From assembly GCF_009914755.1 (NCBI RefSeq), contig NC_060928.1: 64,000 nucleotides of DNA. One strand, written 5' to 3'. Source of the DNA: the human T2T-CHM13v2.0 reference genome, Homo sapiens. Made by a program: the position numbers and the translations under genes. Positions 14,348 to 26,757 of the stretch are shown here, in pieces; the stretch's first letter is position 1; each line of letters opens with the position of its first letter. Under the pieces are notes generated by a model. The model was not told the origin of the DNA. It worked only from the letters and a program-made list of their open reading frames with translations, and made no database searches.

Positions 14348-14436
14348 GGGAAGGGAAAAGATGGGAAGGGAAGGGGAAGGGAAGGGAGGGGAGGGGAGGG
14401 GAGGGGAGGGGAGGAGAGGGGAGGGGAGGAGAGGGG
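14348..14436 (+). repeat. (GGGAA)n/(GGGGA)n purine tract
   Basis: Direct reading; more than 12 G3-G4 runs. Confidence 0.92.
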
Positions 14437-14490
14437 ATTTTAAGGAAAAGAAAGGGATGGAGAAGAAACCTGTAAATTAAAAGAGACTTA

Positions 14491-14660
14491 AAAAATTAGC
14501 CAGACATGATGGCATGCACCTGTAGTCCTAGGCTGCTTGGGAGGCTGAGGTGGGAGGATCACCTGAGCCTGGGAGGTCCAGGCTGCAGTGAGCTGTGATT
14601 GTGGTACTGCGCTCCAGCCTGGGCAACAGAGTGAGACCCTGTCTCAAAAAATAATAATAA
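14491..14660 (+). mobile_element. Alu right monomer (FRAM/AluJ fragment)
   Basis: aaaaattagccagacatgatggc…gagaccctgtctcaaaaa. Confidence 0.85.
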
Positions 14661-15314
14661 CAATTTTTAAATGGTTAAGACTAAACAAACCATAGTGCTC
14701 AACAGTGTTCACTGGGTAATAAAACTATTTTTCAAAACACAAGACAATTATAGCTATAAAAGTCAGGAGAGTGTTCACTTCTGATTAGAACAGGGCAGGG
14801 GGAGGGGCTACTAGGGTGTTTGCCAGCATTCTGTTTCTTGTCTTGGGTGGTAGTTACAAAAGTGCTCAACTCACAACATCCAATTAAATCATTCATTAGT
14901 TTTGTGTGGTGTTCTCTGTGTCTTATTTTACCTCGAACGTATTTTTGCATTTTTAATAGTAACTTAATTTCAAAGTAATTTAATACAAGTTAGGTAATTT
15001 GTATTACTTATAAATACAGAGGTAAACACCAGAAGTGGCCAAAACCAGCAAGGGTGGTTATTTCTGGGGTATTGCATAGATTATGGCTGATAAGCTCCTA
15101 TTTTGCATTGTAAATCTTTTGGCGCTAGTTGGGTTTTTAAATTATATGTGTATACTATGTTGATAAAAAAAATGACTTTTAAAATAAACTGTCCCAGACC
15201 GGGGAAGACTAAGAAGACATGACAAATAAATACAGGGTAGTAACCTGGATTGGATCTTCAGACAGAAAGAGAACATAAGTGGAAAACAAGTCAAATCTGA
15301 ATAAAGTCTGAAGT

Positions 15315-15686
15315 TGTATTAGTCCGTTCTCACACTACTGATAAAGATGTACCCGAAACTGGGTAATTATGAAAGAGAGAGGTTTAATTGACTCACAGTT
15401 CCACATGGCTGGGGAGGCTGCCACCATCATGGCAGAAGGCAACGCGGAGCAAGTCACATCCTACGTGGTGGCAGGGAAGAGAGACAATGAGAAAGCCAAG
15501 CGAAAAGGGAAACCCCTTATAAAATCATCAGATCGCATGAGACTTATTCACTACCATGAGAACAGTATGAGGGAAACTGCCCCCATGATTCCATTATCTC
15601 CCACCAGATCCTCTCACAACACATGGGAATTATGGGAGCTACAATTCAGAACAAGATTTAGGTGGGGACACTGCCAAACCATATCA
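15315..15686 (-). mobile_element. THE1 solo LTR inserted in an old L1MC 3' end
   Basis: tgtattagtccgttctcac…ccaaaccatatca; 5-bp TSD gaagt at 15310-15314 and 15687-15691. Confidence 0.92.
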
Positions 15687-16297
15687 GAAGTTTAGTTAAA
15701 AATAACGTACCAATGATGGTTTCCTAGTTTTGACAAATGTACCAAGGTAATGTAAGATATTAAAATTAGGGGAAACTGTGTGAAGAAAATCAGGAACTCT
15801 CTGTAATATCCTTACAACTTCTCTGTAAATCTAAGTTATTCTAAAATTCAAAATCTGTGTTTGCCCTTCTGCCATGTGAGGACACATAAAAGGTGCCATC
15901 TCTGAGGAATCAGCCCTCACCAGACATGGAATCTGCTGGCACCTTGATCTTGGACTTCTCAACCTCCAGAATTGCATCTTTGTAAACATCTTCACCCCAT
16001 GATACCCCCACACTGCTTCATCTCATAAAGCAACAGTAACACAAGGCTCTTCTGGGAAACAGACTTGTGGTGATGATTTCGAATGGAATTTGAGAAGACC
16101 TATTAGGAATAATTGCTTATGATTTCCCCAAGAATTCTAAATGGAATTATTTAACCAGATCATCTAGCTTTATAAACATGAATACACTTACTTTTTATAA
16201 CTAAGGTGCCAAAAATATTTCAAATAAAAACATATAAAACATTTTTAAGTTATTTTTATGAGCTGCCTTTTAGATTGTCTTATTGCAAAAATTTTAG

Positions 16298-16332
16298 ACA
16301 CACACACATGCACACACACACACACACACACA
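16298..16332 (+). repeat. (CA)n microsatellite, interrupted
   Basis: Direct reading. Confidence 0.9.
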
Positions 16333-16819
16333 ACAACCAACTAAACCTGTCATATGGGAGAGGGGTGAGTCATACTTCTGAATATGTCAAGTACCAGAAT
16401 GGCTTATTCTGACTTTGGAGTAATCCAAAAGCTGTAGGGGGGTAAAAGAAAAAATTTTAACAAAATTCACCTTGCAGTTACTTCCATTTCAAGGTAATGG
16501 CAATTTCTTACTCTATCTCTGTTCCATAGCTGAACTCCTGGAATGTACAGGCCAATCAACTGGAAGCAGAACAGAGTGAGGAAGATGTTTTAAAGGAGAG
16601 AGTTTGACCTGCTCAAGGAACTGGACAAAGCCCAGTGCGGCCAGAGCTCAGTGCAAGGAAGCAGCATGGGAGGATAGAAGGAGGGGCTGGCGTGTGTAGG
16701 ACCTTAGTATGGAACAGCTGATTCCATGAGATGCCACTGGAGGATGATACGCCCGGTGGGAGCACAGTCTGACCCACTAGGTTCAAAGGTCCTTCTGCTC
16801 CTAATGTGATAACCTGAGA

Positions 16820-17400
16820 GGGGCCCTACCAAACATGCATCACCTAGATTTACTCATGAGGAAATCTCAGACAAACCCAAATGGGGGAGTGTAGTATAAA
16901 TTACTGGCCTGTACTCTTCAAAAGTCCTAATGTCACAAAAGACAAAGAAAGCCTGAGATTAAAGAAGGCTGAAGACACATGACAAGCAAGTATCTGTCTA
17001 GGATTGGATTCTGGAAGAAAATAACTTTTTAGGTAGGACATTTTAGGGACACGTGGTAAAATTTGAATTTGGACTCTATAGTAGATAATAGTATTGAATC
17101 AATGTCAAATTTCCTGATCATTGTAACTGTGGTTATGGAAGAAAATGCCCTTGTTAGAGGTTACAGACTGAAGTAATCAGGAGCAAAGGGTTATGATGTC
17201 TCCACCATACTCATAAATGAATCAGCAACAATAATGTAATAACAGTAATTGTAAGAATCAAAATATGCATATATAAAGAGAGATAAGATGACAAATTATT
17301 AAAATTGGTAAATCTAGATGAAGGATAGATAGTTGCTTGTTGTCTATTCTTGCAACTTTTCCGTAGGTTTACAATTTTTCAAAATAAAAAGACAAAAGAA
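16820..17400 (+). mobile_element. Old L1 (L1MC/ME) 3' region
   Basis: ctcagacaaacccaaatg…aatgtcaaatttcctgat…tctattcttgcaacttttc. Approximate. Confidence 0.65.
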
Positions 17401-17926
17401 AGCCCTCAGGTTGCTGTGCCATGCATGGATTGAGGAAGCAAGACAGTATGGTGGCTTGGACTAGGGGGTTGGCAATAGACATGAAGAGATACCGCTGTGA
17501 TTGATGTATATGTTGGAGGCGAAGGAATGAACCTGGAGGAATGAAGGAAAGGAGGTGTTTTATTTATACTTGCCATCATCACAAATCAACCTGGTCAGTT
17601 TTTTTTATTGGTCTATCAATATAATATCTTTCAAGGTATGACAATAATCATTAAAATCACTACAAGCATAAATATAATAAGTATTATCATTCATGTGACT
17701 ATCACAAACTCCACACAAATAACTTATTTCCATTGAAATATAATTTACTATAAATGCTCATAGGTGAGCTGGATCCATGCCAGAGTCTGGGATTTGCTAA
17801 ATGTTGTAGTCATCATCAGTGTTCCAGGAGTTCAGCTATGGAACAGAGATAGATTAAGAAATTGCCATTAACTTAGGTGAAAAATTTGATCAGGTCATAG
17901 TTTTTCATTCGGTAGATGAGAAACTA

Positions 17927-18003
17927 TGTTATTGTTGCTGGTGCTGGTGGTGCTGCTGGTGCTGCTGGTGCTGGGGGTGTCACTGGTGTTGCTGGTGGTG
18001 GTG
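17927..18003 (+). repeat. Degenerate (GCT/GGT)n triplet repeat
   Basis: gttgctggtgctggtggtgctgctggtgctgctggtgctggg…ggtggtggt. Confidence 0.85.
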
Positions 18004-18944
18004 AAAGCATCCTGCTGGCTCTGACACAGTCAGGCTGGAGAACCCTTGCTCTAGGCATAGTCTGGGTTTGGAATTCAGATTCTACTCCTGCTGCACTTTG
18101 CCTCCCTCAGTGTTTCAGCACAAGCCCACCCTCAGGCTAGAGTGTTTTTATTAATCATTGACGCAGGGATTGTCTGACAGATGAACAAGATCATTCAAGA
18201 GACTTTCAAGTCAAAGCAAGCAGGTGATATAATCCCTTCATTAAGGATTTTGAAATGGTAGCTTCTTAAGTTCTCTTCCCAAGTCCTAGCCTTCAACTTT
18301 CAGATTTCCATGTTTTATCTCAAGAATAGCAGAATAAATTTTGTGGCATTTACAATTTATGTCATATGACTTTGGCAATAATTTCAAGAAAACCCCAAAT
18401 CAAGGAAAAACATTTCAGCAAGAAGACAAGTTTCACAGTTAGACCAGTTGGAAATTCTAGACCCTGTTGAAAGGGCAACAGTGGAAAAACACACATTATC
18501 AACTTTCAAGCCTCTCTTGGGCCTGGAATACTCAAGAGGAAAGAATATCAAACACCAGATGAGGACAGACATCAAGCCTATTACACTGTCTTCCAGTAAT
18601 CTTAAAATTATATCTCAAATTACTATACTCAGATGATGGTTCCAGGGCCTGTGTTCATTAAACAAATGTGAAACTAAAAATATCTCTTTTGGCATTCATG
18701 AAACCAGGTAGTTCTAGGGTTCAGTGTTAGCTCTTGGTCCAAAAGATTTAATGAGTTCCTCTAATTTCCCCAAGTACTTTCTCAGGACGAATTCAACACT
18801 TGCACATGGATACAGCTAAACCTTCTGAGGCTACTGGTGTAAGTCCCTCCTGCCCTGTAGGGAAAATTTTTAAGTTTAAAAATGAGGTTTACATATGTGC
18901 AAAGATATTCACTCCAAGGTTTTTGTTGCTGTTGTTGTTTGTGG

Positions 18945-19249
18945 GTTTTGTTTTCGTTTTTGTTTTGAGACAAGGTCTCACTCTGTCACTCTGTTGCCCA
19001 GGCTGGAGTGCAGTGGCACAATCATGGCTAACTGCAGCCTCAACCTCCCTGGGCTCAAGTGATCCTCCTACCCCAGCCTCCTGAGTAGCAGAGCATGCAC
19101 CATCACACCTGGCTAATTTTTATATTTTTTGTACAGATGGGGTTTCGCCGTGTTGCCCAGGCTGGTCTTGAACTCTTGAGCTCAAGTGATCTACCCGCCT
19201 TGGTGTCCCAAAGTGCTGGAATTATACACATGAGACACCGTGCTTGGTC
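18945..19249 (-). mobile_element. AluJ
   Basis: J-type motifs (gcagcctcaacctccctgggctcaagtgatcctcc). Confidence 0.9.
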
Positions 19250-19316
19250 TTGCAAGTTTCTATGTATATATAAAAGTAGCTATGGTACATCTGTATTATG
19301 GAATTATATGCAGTAA

Positions 19317-19608
<292 letters not shown>

Positions 19609-21039
19609 AATAATTTATTTTAAATGAAGTCACTCTAGTTGAAAGAAAGACCAAGTTGCAGAATAAAACTTAATAATCTGTTTTAAAAATTAAAACTAAA
19701 AACATATATATTTATATATATCTATGTGCAAATATACATGCATTAATGCAAAAACAGATCTGTAAGGGCCTACCACAAACTTTCATTAGTAGTTATCTTT
19801 GGGGAAAAAAATGGAATTGGAATAAAGGGGAACTTTCGGTTTTCACTCTATTTAACTGGATATTTTTGGTGAATTTTTAAATATGATCATGATTTATGTG
19901 TCAAAATTACTGCATACAATTTCATAATATGGATGTATCGTTATCTATTTAAAGAACATTTAGATCCTTTTGACATTATATGCAACTTTGCAGTGACTAT
20001 CTTCACACATATGTAAACAGCATTTTTAAACTTAACACTTTTCTACATAGAGCAGGAAGGACTTACACTAGTAGGGTCAGAGGCTTAGCTATACACATGC
20101 AAGTGTCGAATTAGTCAAGTAACTTTATTTAAAAAAATGCATATGGAAGTCAAACTACAAAAATAATAAGAAAAAAAGCCTTGTGAAGATTCTTTTTTAT
20201 GTTTTCCTAACTGTGGACAACAAGCATTTAGCACTTTCATCTTTTAAATAATACAAACATGTTTTAATAAAACCAAACACGTGATCTGACTGGAACTAGG
20301 GAAACCTAAGAGAGTTGCTGTATAAGAAATTTCCTAAATGGCTCAGGTAAGAGGTTGCCAAATTGCTATGATTTGGAGCCGTTGGTGTTGCCACGGCCAT
20401 CTTCAGTAGATGAATAGGGGCAGAGAAGGCTGCCCTCACCATGGGCCCCACTGACTTGAAGCTCCGGAGAGGATCTAATAGCTGTGAATCTGGACCTATG
20501 TGAGTGCCGACTGCCCCTCTCTGAGTGGGTCCCTGGCATACATGTGAGGAAGGCTTGTGTCGGGCAAGACCCTCTGTCCTTCAAGAAGTGCAGAAACAGC
20601 ACTTGTGAATAAAATGCTGACTTCAATGGACACTGGCAGCATGATTGACTCCTAGGGGCAAAATTTGTCCCAAAGCTAGGTATAGAAAAAGTTTGCTCAA
20701 AGAACAAGAAGCATGACTTGATGATATTAGCTCTTTCTGCCCTCTCTTTCATTGGCTGACCAAAGCAGCATCCATCTATGTGCAAGAGCCCAATCTGCAG
20801 AGTTTGTTGCCCTAAAAGAAAAGAAGATATTAGAGCTAATTTTGGAACCAGGCCACAGCAGAAACTGTATATGATCCAAAGGGTGATCGTACCTTCAAAG
20901 AATAAAGGAATTAAGATAAATGGTGTTAGCACAGTCTAATTTTGTTTCTTAAATTATTCCAAATAACTTATACATATTCCTATTTTAAACATGTGCTTCA
21001 GTGGAAGAGGCTCAGGACTAATAATGAGTTAATAATAAT

Positions 21040-21300
21040 AAAATAACAGCTAACACTTTCTGACCACTTACATTCCAGCATTGAATATATTGAATGCACT
21101 GAACATAGTGACAGGCATCACGTTATGTGTTTGACACGCTTTATCTCATTTAATCCTCACAACAACACTTAGACGTAGGTACTGTTATTATCTCCCATTT
21201 TACAGATGAGGAAACTGAGTTTCATACAGTTGGTAAGTGGCTGAGCCAACATTCTAATTTGTGTTATTTTTACTTCAAAGACTGTGCTCTTAACTGCTGT
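21040..21300 (-). mobile_element. MIR
   Basis: ctcatttaatcctcacaac…cccattttacagatgaggaaactgag. Confidence 0.8.
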
Positions 21301-22724
21301 GTTATTGGGGAAAGCTCTATTCTTTCAGATGAACAAACGTTGCTTCTAAACCACCTCACCATTTGTACCTGAAATTTGCAGCAGGTGGCCTGGGTGGTCA
21401 CCAGAACAAAGGGTTCCAAAAGGACTCTCAGAAAGCTCTTTTAAATCCTGGCATCAGTGTTCTCATCCCTAGATGGGAATGATAATGAGAGAGAGAACCT
21501 ATCTCACAGAGTTGTTGTGAGAACCCAATGATCATGTAAAGTACTCAGCTTATTACTCATTGCAGATTAATTGCTTAATAAATGTGTGAGAAAAATAACT
21601 AACATTGGCAAAAGAGCACCAGTAAACATATCAGCTGGATTAGCTTGCTACTGCGTATATGCTAAACATATTAGCTAGAAAACACCTAGCAGAAAGCAGT
21701 GTCTAAGTCATGGGACACTTCCCATTCTGTAAGTTTTGATAAGGCAGAAGAAAAAAATTTGGATCACAGACCCCAGGATCTCAGTGTGTGTTGGGGGCAC
21801 AGGGAGCACAGAATGTCCAAATAGAGCAGCTTGCTACCACATCTTCCTAAAGGGAAGGGGATGCCAAAAACAGTGGGTGGACTTCCTTCTCACAGCTTCT
21901 TCAGTCCTGGAGCTGAAGTCCACCTGCTTCATGATTTTACTTGGGGCTGACTCGAACCCACCCCCTTTATGCTATGGGATGGAGGGGAAAGAAGGAAGGG
22001 AGGTGGGAATGCAAGGTCCCAGGCAGAACAAGCAGCCACTTTGCCCTTTTTTCCATCCTCCTACCAACAACAGTGCTAACTTAATGAAATTTAGTTAAAA
22101 TGAGTTCAACACTGCTCTAAAGGGGAAAATAAGCCAAGAAAGGGCAGCGGGAAAGGCTGAAAAACGTTTGGGGTGAGGAAATAAAGGAGGCCTTACTTCT
22201 TCAACACCAGATTAGTGGTTTTCAAACTATGTTCTACAGACCCCTGCTTCAGGGGTTCCACAAATGTTTTCATTAGAGTTTCACTTTTAAAATATAACTT
22301 GGCTTAATAACCAACAGATACACTCAACTGTGTTATAAATCAAATTTGAACTCCTTGGAGACTCTAACCGAGGTAATCTGAGAGGTTAACTTATTTTAAT
22401 GAGAAATCATAAAAATAAAAGTTTCCCCGCTATTTTGGTTTTATTGAAAAGATCTTGGAGATTGCAAGGCAGTTGTTTAAAAAACAAAATGAAACACAAT
22501 ATGCAACCATGTATCAGTGCAAACTTGAATTTTCATAATTCCATGTGAGTGAAATAAAAGTTCAGATGTAAATTGGGTGCTAAGACCAATAAAAGAATAC
22601 TATTGTCACTGACAATCCTTGGTTTCAAAATTTCATGTTCCTCAGATAATTGCATTGTTCTCATTCTAAAAAGAATTTATAAAAGGAATGTATACTAATA
22701 AAATGCCACATAAAACACCATATA

Positions 22725-24058
22725 TACACAAGTGGTCAACAGATATATGAAAAGATGCTTAACATTACTAAGCATCAGACAAATGCAAGTCAAAATCACA
22801 ATGAAACATCACTTCATGCCTGTCAGGGTGGTTATTTCCAAAAAGTTGAAAGATAAGTGTTGGCAAGGATGTGGAGAAAAGGGAACCTGCTATGGTTTGA
22901 ATGTGTCCCCAAAAAAGCACGTGTTAGTAATTTAACCCGCAATGCATCAGTGTTGGGAGGTGAGGCCTAAAGGAAGGTGTTTAGGTCACGAGGGCTCCAC
23001 CCTCATGAATGGATTAATGCAAATAATAAAGTCCTTGAGGCCGTGATTTTGACCTCTTGTTCCCTCTTGCTTGCACTCTCTTCCCCTTCCATCTTCCACT
23101 GTGGAAGCACAGCACTAAAGTCCAGGCCCAGAGGTGGGCCCCTTGATCTTGGACCTCCCATACTTCAGAACTATAAGAAGTGAACCTCGGTTCTTTACAG
23201 ATTACCCAGTCTCAGCTATTTTGTTATAAGCAGCACAAAATGGACTAAGACGGAACCCTTATATACTGTTGGGGGGAATGTACATTGGTACAGCCATTAT
23301 ACAGAAAAAAGTGTGGAGGTTCCTCAAAAAATTAAAAACAGAAATACCATATGATCCAGCAGTCCCACTATTGGGTATATATCCAAAGGATATAAATTCG
23401 GTAACTTCCAAGACATATCTGCATTACCATTTCATTGCAGCATTATTTACCATAGCCAAGATGCAAAACATCCTAAGTGCCCATTGACAGATGAATGGAT
23501 AAATACATGTCATATATATATATATGTATATATACATATATACATATATATATACACATATATATATACCATGAAATATTATTCAGCCTTCAAAAAGGAG
23601 GAAATCCTGTCATTTGCAAGAACATGAATGAATCTGGAGGACATTATGCTAAGTGAAGTAAGCAAGACATGAAAAGGCAAATACTGCATGATATCACTTA
23701 TATATGGAATCTAAAAAACTGGAACTCATAAAAACAGAGTAGAATGGTGGTTACTAGGGATAGAGAAGGGGAAAATGAGGAGGTATTAGTTAAAGGTTAC
23801 AAATTTCAGTTTAAGATGAGTAAATTCTCATAATCTAATATATAGCATGGTGACATAGTTAATAATAATGGATTACATACATGAAATTTGCTAAGAGGGA
23901 TCTTAAATGTTCTCATCACACATATACAAAAGAGTATTTGCTAATTAACTTAACTGTAGTCATCTCACAATGTACACATATGCCAAACCATCCTGTTGTA
24001 CACTTTAAATATATACAATACTTATTTGCCAATCGTACCTCAATAAAGCTGAGGGAAA
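22725..24058 (+). mobile_element. L1MA/MB 3' fragment (ORF2 end plus 3'UTR), interrupted by an MST LTR and (TA)n
   Basis: ORF track peptides resemble the L1 ORF2 C-terminus (WRFLKKLKTEIPYDPAVPLLGIYPK). Ends ctcaataaagctg; TSD aaaac(a/g)ccatata at 22712-22724 and 24059-24071. Confidence 0.88.
22888..23252 (+). mobile_element. MST (MSTD/C-like) solo LTR nested in L1
   Basis: tgctatggtttgaatgtgtcccc…ggactaagacg; TSD gaacc at 22883-22887 and 23253-23257. Confidence 0.88.
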
Positions 24059-25490
24059 AAAACGCCATATACACAGTTAGGTTTTACATTAGATTTTATT
24101 TTTCAAAAAGGTTGTGCTACCGAAACAAGGGCTTGAAAACAGCCCTAGATCATTTGGGTGATGGACTGGAAAGGGGGAAATTCTATATATAAGACCCTCT
24201 GGTTTCTGCTCTACCTCCTGATTGCTAAGACCAGCTGTTTCTCTTTCCTTGCCCTAAACCCTGCAGCTCAGGCCTCCACATGCTCCTTTGAGCAGGCACC
24301 AGGGAGAGATGGAGATTTCAAGAGCTACAGTTGAGCTTGCATTCCCTTTCTCCTGCAAGTACCCACCACACAGAACAGTGACTCTGCTTCTTCTCTGGGC
24401 AACCGTCACCAGTCCCTCCTTTCTTGCTTTAGGTAAAACCAACTTGGAAAGTGATGCAAGCAAGTCTTGATAAGATCTCAGGGCTTCTGTTTCCTCATCT
24501 TGACTTTGGAAAGTTTGAACTGTTTTCCAGGAACTCTCTTTCCGCTCTAGCATTCTTTGATTTAACATATTGATCAGTAAAATCTTCTAATGACATGCCA
24601 CAAGAGAAAACATCAACAGGAAAGGGGCAAGACAAACAGAAATTTTGAGTCTGGCCCCATCCTTTTGGGATAATTCCAGAAAAGTAAGGGGTAGATGGAA
24701 AAGTGAAAACCTAGAAGGCATGTAAAACAGCTGTGAGAGGTAGAAGTTGTCACTTTTGCATATATATATTCATAGAACTATATTCTATAATCTATATTAG
24801 TTATGAAGTGCTATTGTTTCGTTACAATTTTCCAAATAAATGTGGTTACTTCCTTATACTGCAGCTTCAGTCTCATTATTTTTTATATTATTTAGCCACT
24901 GTAAAAGTTAAGGCCATTTCAACAATTAAACCTCTGCATCACAAAAACGTTTTTGCATTTATGCTAATGATTATGTTACTTCAAGTTAGAGGAATGACAA
25001 AATACATGGAAAATCCCTTAGAGTTGGCTGTCAATCTAAACCACATCAACACCTTATACATTTGTCCTTTATGGGTTTAGAGATCCTGAATAGTTGAAGG
25101 CTTGTTCGTTTGGTAACTTTCCAGTACCATCTGAAAATTCCAGCAGTCTGAAACAAGACTGGCTATAATTAACTGTTGAAGCTGAGTCGTGGGTTCACAG
25201 AGGTTGTGTTCTATTCTACTTTTGTACGTTTAAAATTCCCCATGATAAAGTTTTAAAAATAAACTATATCTACTTTCCCAGAAATCTATTTTAAAATACA
25301 TTCTATCAGGCAGCTTTCTTTAAATATTAGTGTGACAGAAGTCACTCACTCACCAGCCATGCCTAAGAATGCATGAAATCTCTGTTCCCTTCAGCTCTGC
25401 TTTACCATTTTTCTTTATTGAATATTCTCCCTACACTTCCATCATTCACTTATTCACAACACTTGTTCTCAGAATGTCACTATAGACTTT

Positions 25491-25854
<364 letters not shown>

Positions 25855-26285
25855 TAATTAAAGTTCTATTATGTAGCTTATAGTCTGGGATCAGCTGACA
25901 TAATTACAAATAAATGCCTCTAGCAAAATTAAAGCAGGAAAGCTTCAAAATGCAAAACTATTTTCCAGAAATTCTAAAACAGTAAATGAGTTCCTATCCC
26001 ATATCACTTTTGAGAGGTCTCACAGTTTTTGCCTACAAAAATCAAAACTTACAAAAAATTGTAACCAAAACTTGAATAGCAGAAATAAAATAGGATATTT
26101 GTTCTCAGGTAGGGGAGGACTATAAGGATTAAAATTATGCTTTGCCACTTTAGTTGGCTTGCCATGAGGTTCTTTTCTTGTACCTCCGAAAATCAGAAAG
26201 TGGCTTTCAGATCTTTTATTTAAACCCTTACATCGATTTCTCAAATATTCCATTTTCTTTCCTTTCTTCTTCTTCTTTGTTCTTC

Positions 26286-26757
26286 CGTGAAAAGAAAATT
26301 TCAGGACCTTCCCTATTTATTATGCCAAGGGCAAAAGTTAAGCCCTGGAAACTGAGTCACAGTTGTTTTTCTTCTCTGGTGAATGACCGTTGCTTCTTGA
26401 CCTTTGTGTTGAGATGTTATACATTAACGAGACTCCCTAATCTTTATGCAAACCTAAGCTAAATGAGATGGAGACCCTCATGATTTTCACCTCTTTACAA
26501 TTGGATGTTAAGTAATCCTTTGGAGTGTAATCAATAGTAGCCAATCAAATCCTATAGCTCTGTGTTAGCCTTTGTATGGAGAATGTTGTGATTCTGTTCT
26601 ACACCTGTTTTTGCCTATATAAATAATCTTCACTTATCCCCACACCGAGAGCACTAATAATCATTCTCTGGTATCCGGGTGTGCCTGGACAGCTACCCTC
26701 AATCTTTGCACTTAAACTCTTTTAATTGGATCCTGACTCCTTTATTTTAGGTTGACC
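26286..26757 (+). mobile_element. ERV1 (MER4-group, LTR47/MER72-like) solo LTR
   Basis: (c)gtgaaaagaaaatttcaggacc…tatgccaagggcaaaagttaagccctggaaactgagtcac…ttttaggttgac(c); TSD cttc on both sides; TATATAAA at ~26616. Confidence 0.78.

Noticed and set aside
17916-18140. Gly/Ala-rich 74-aa ORF resembling a structural or secreted peptide
   Set aside because: Explained by a degenerate GCT/GGT triplet repeat; no splice, promoter or homology support.
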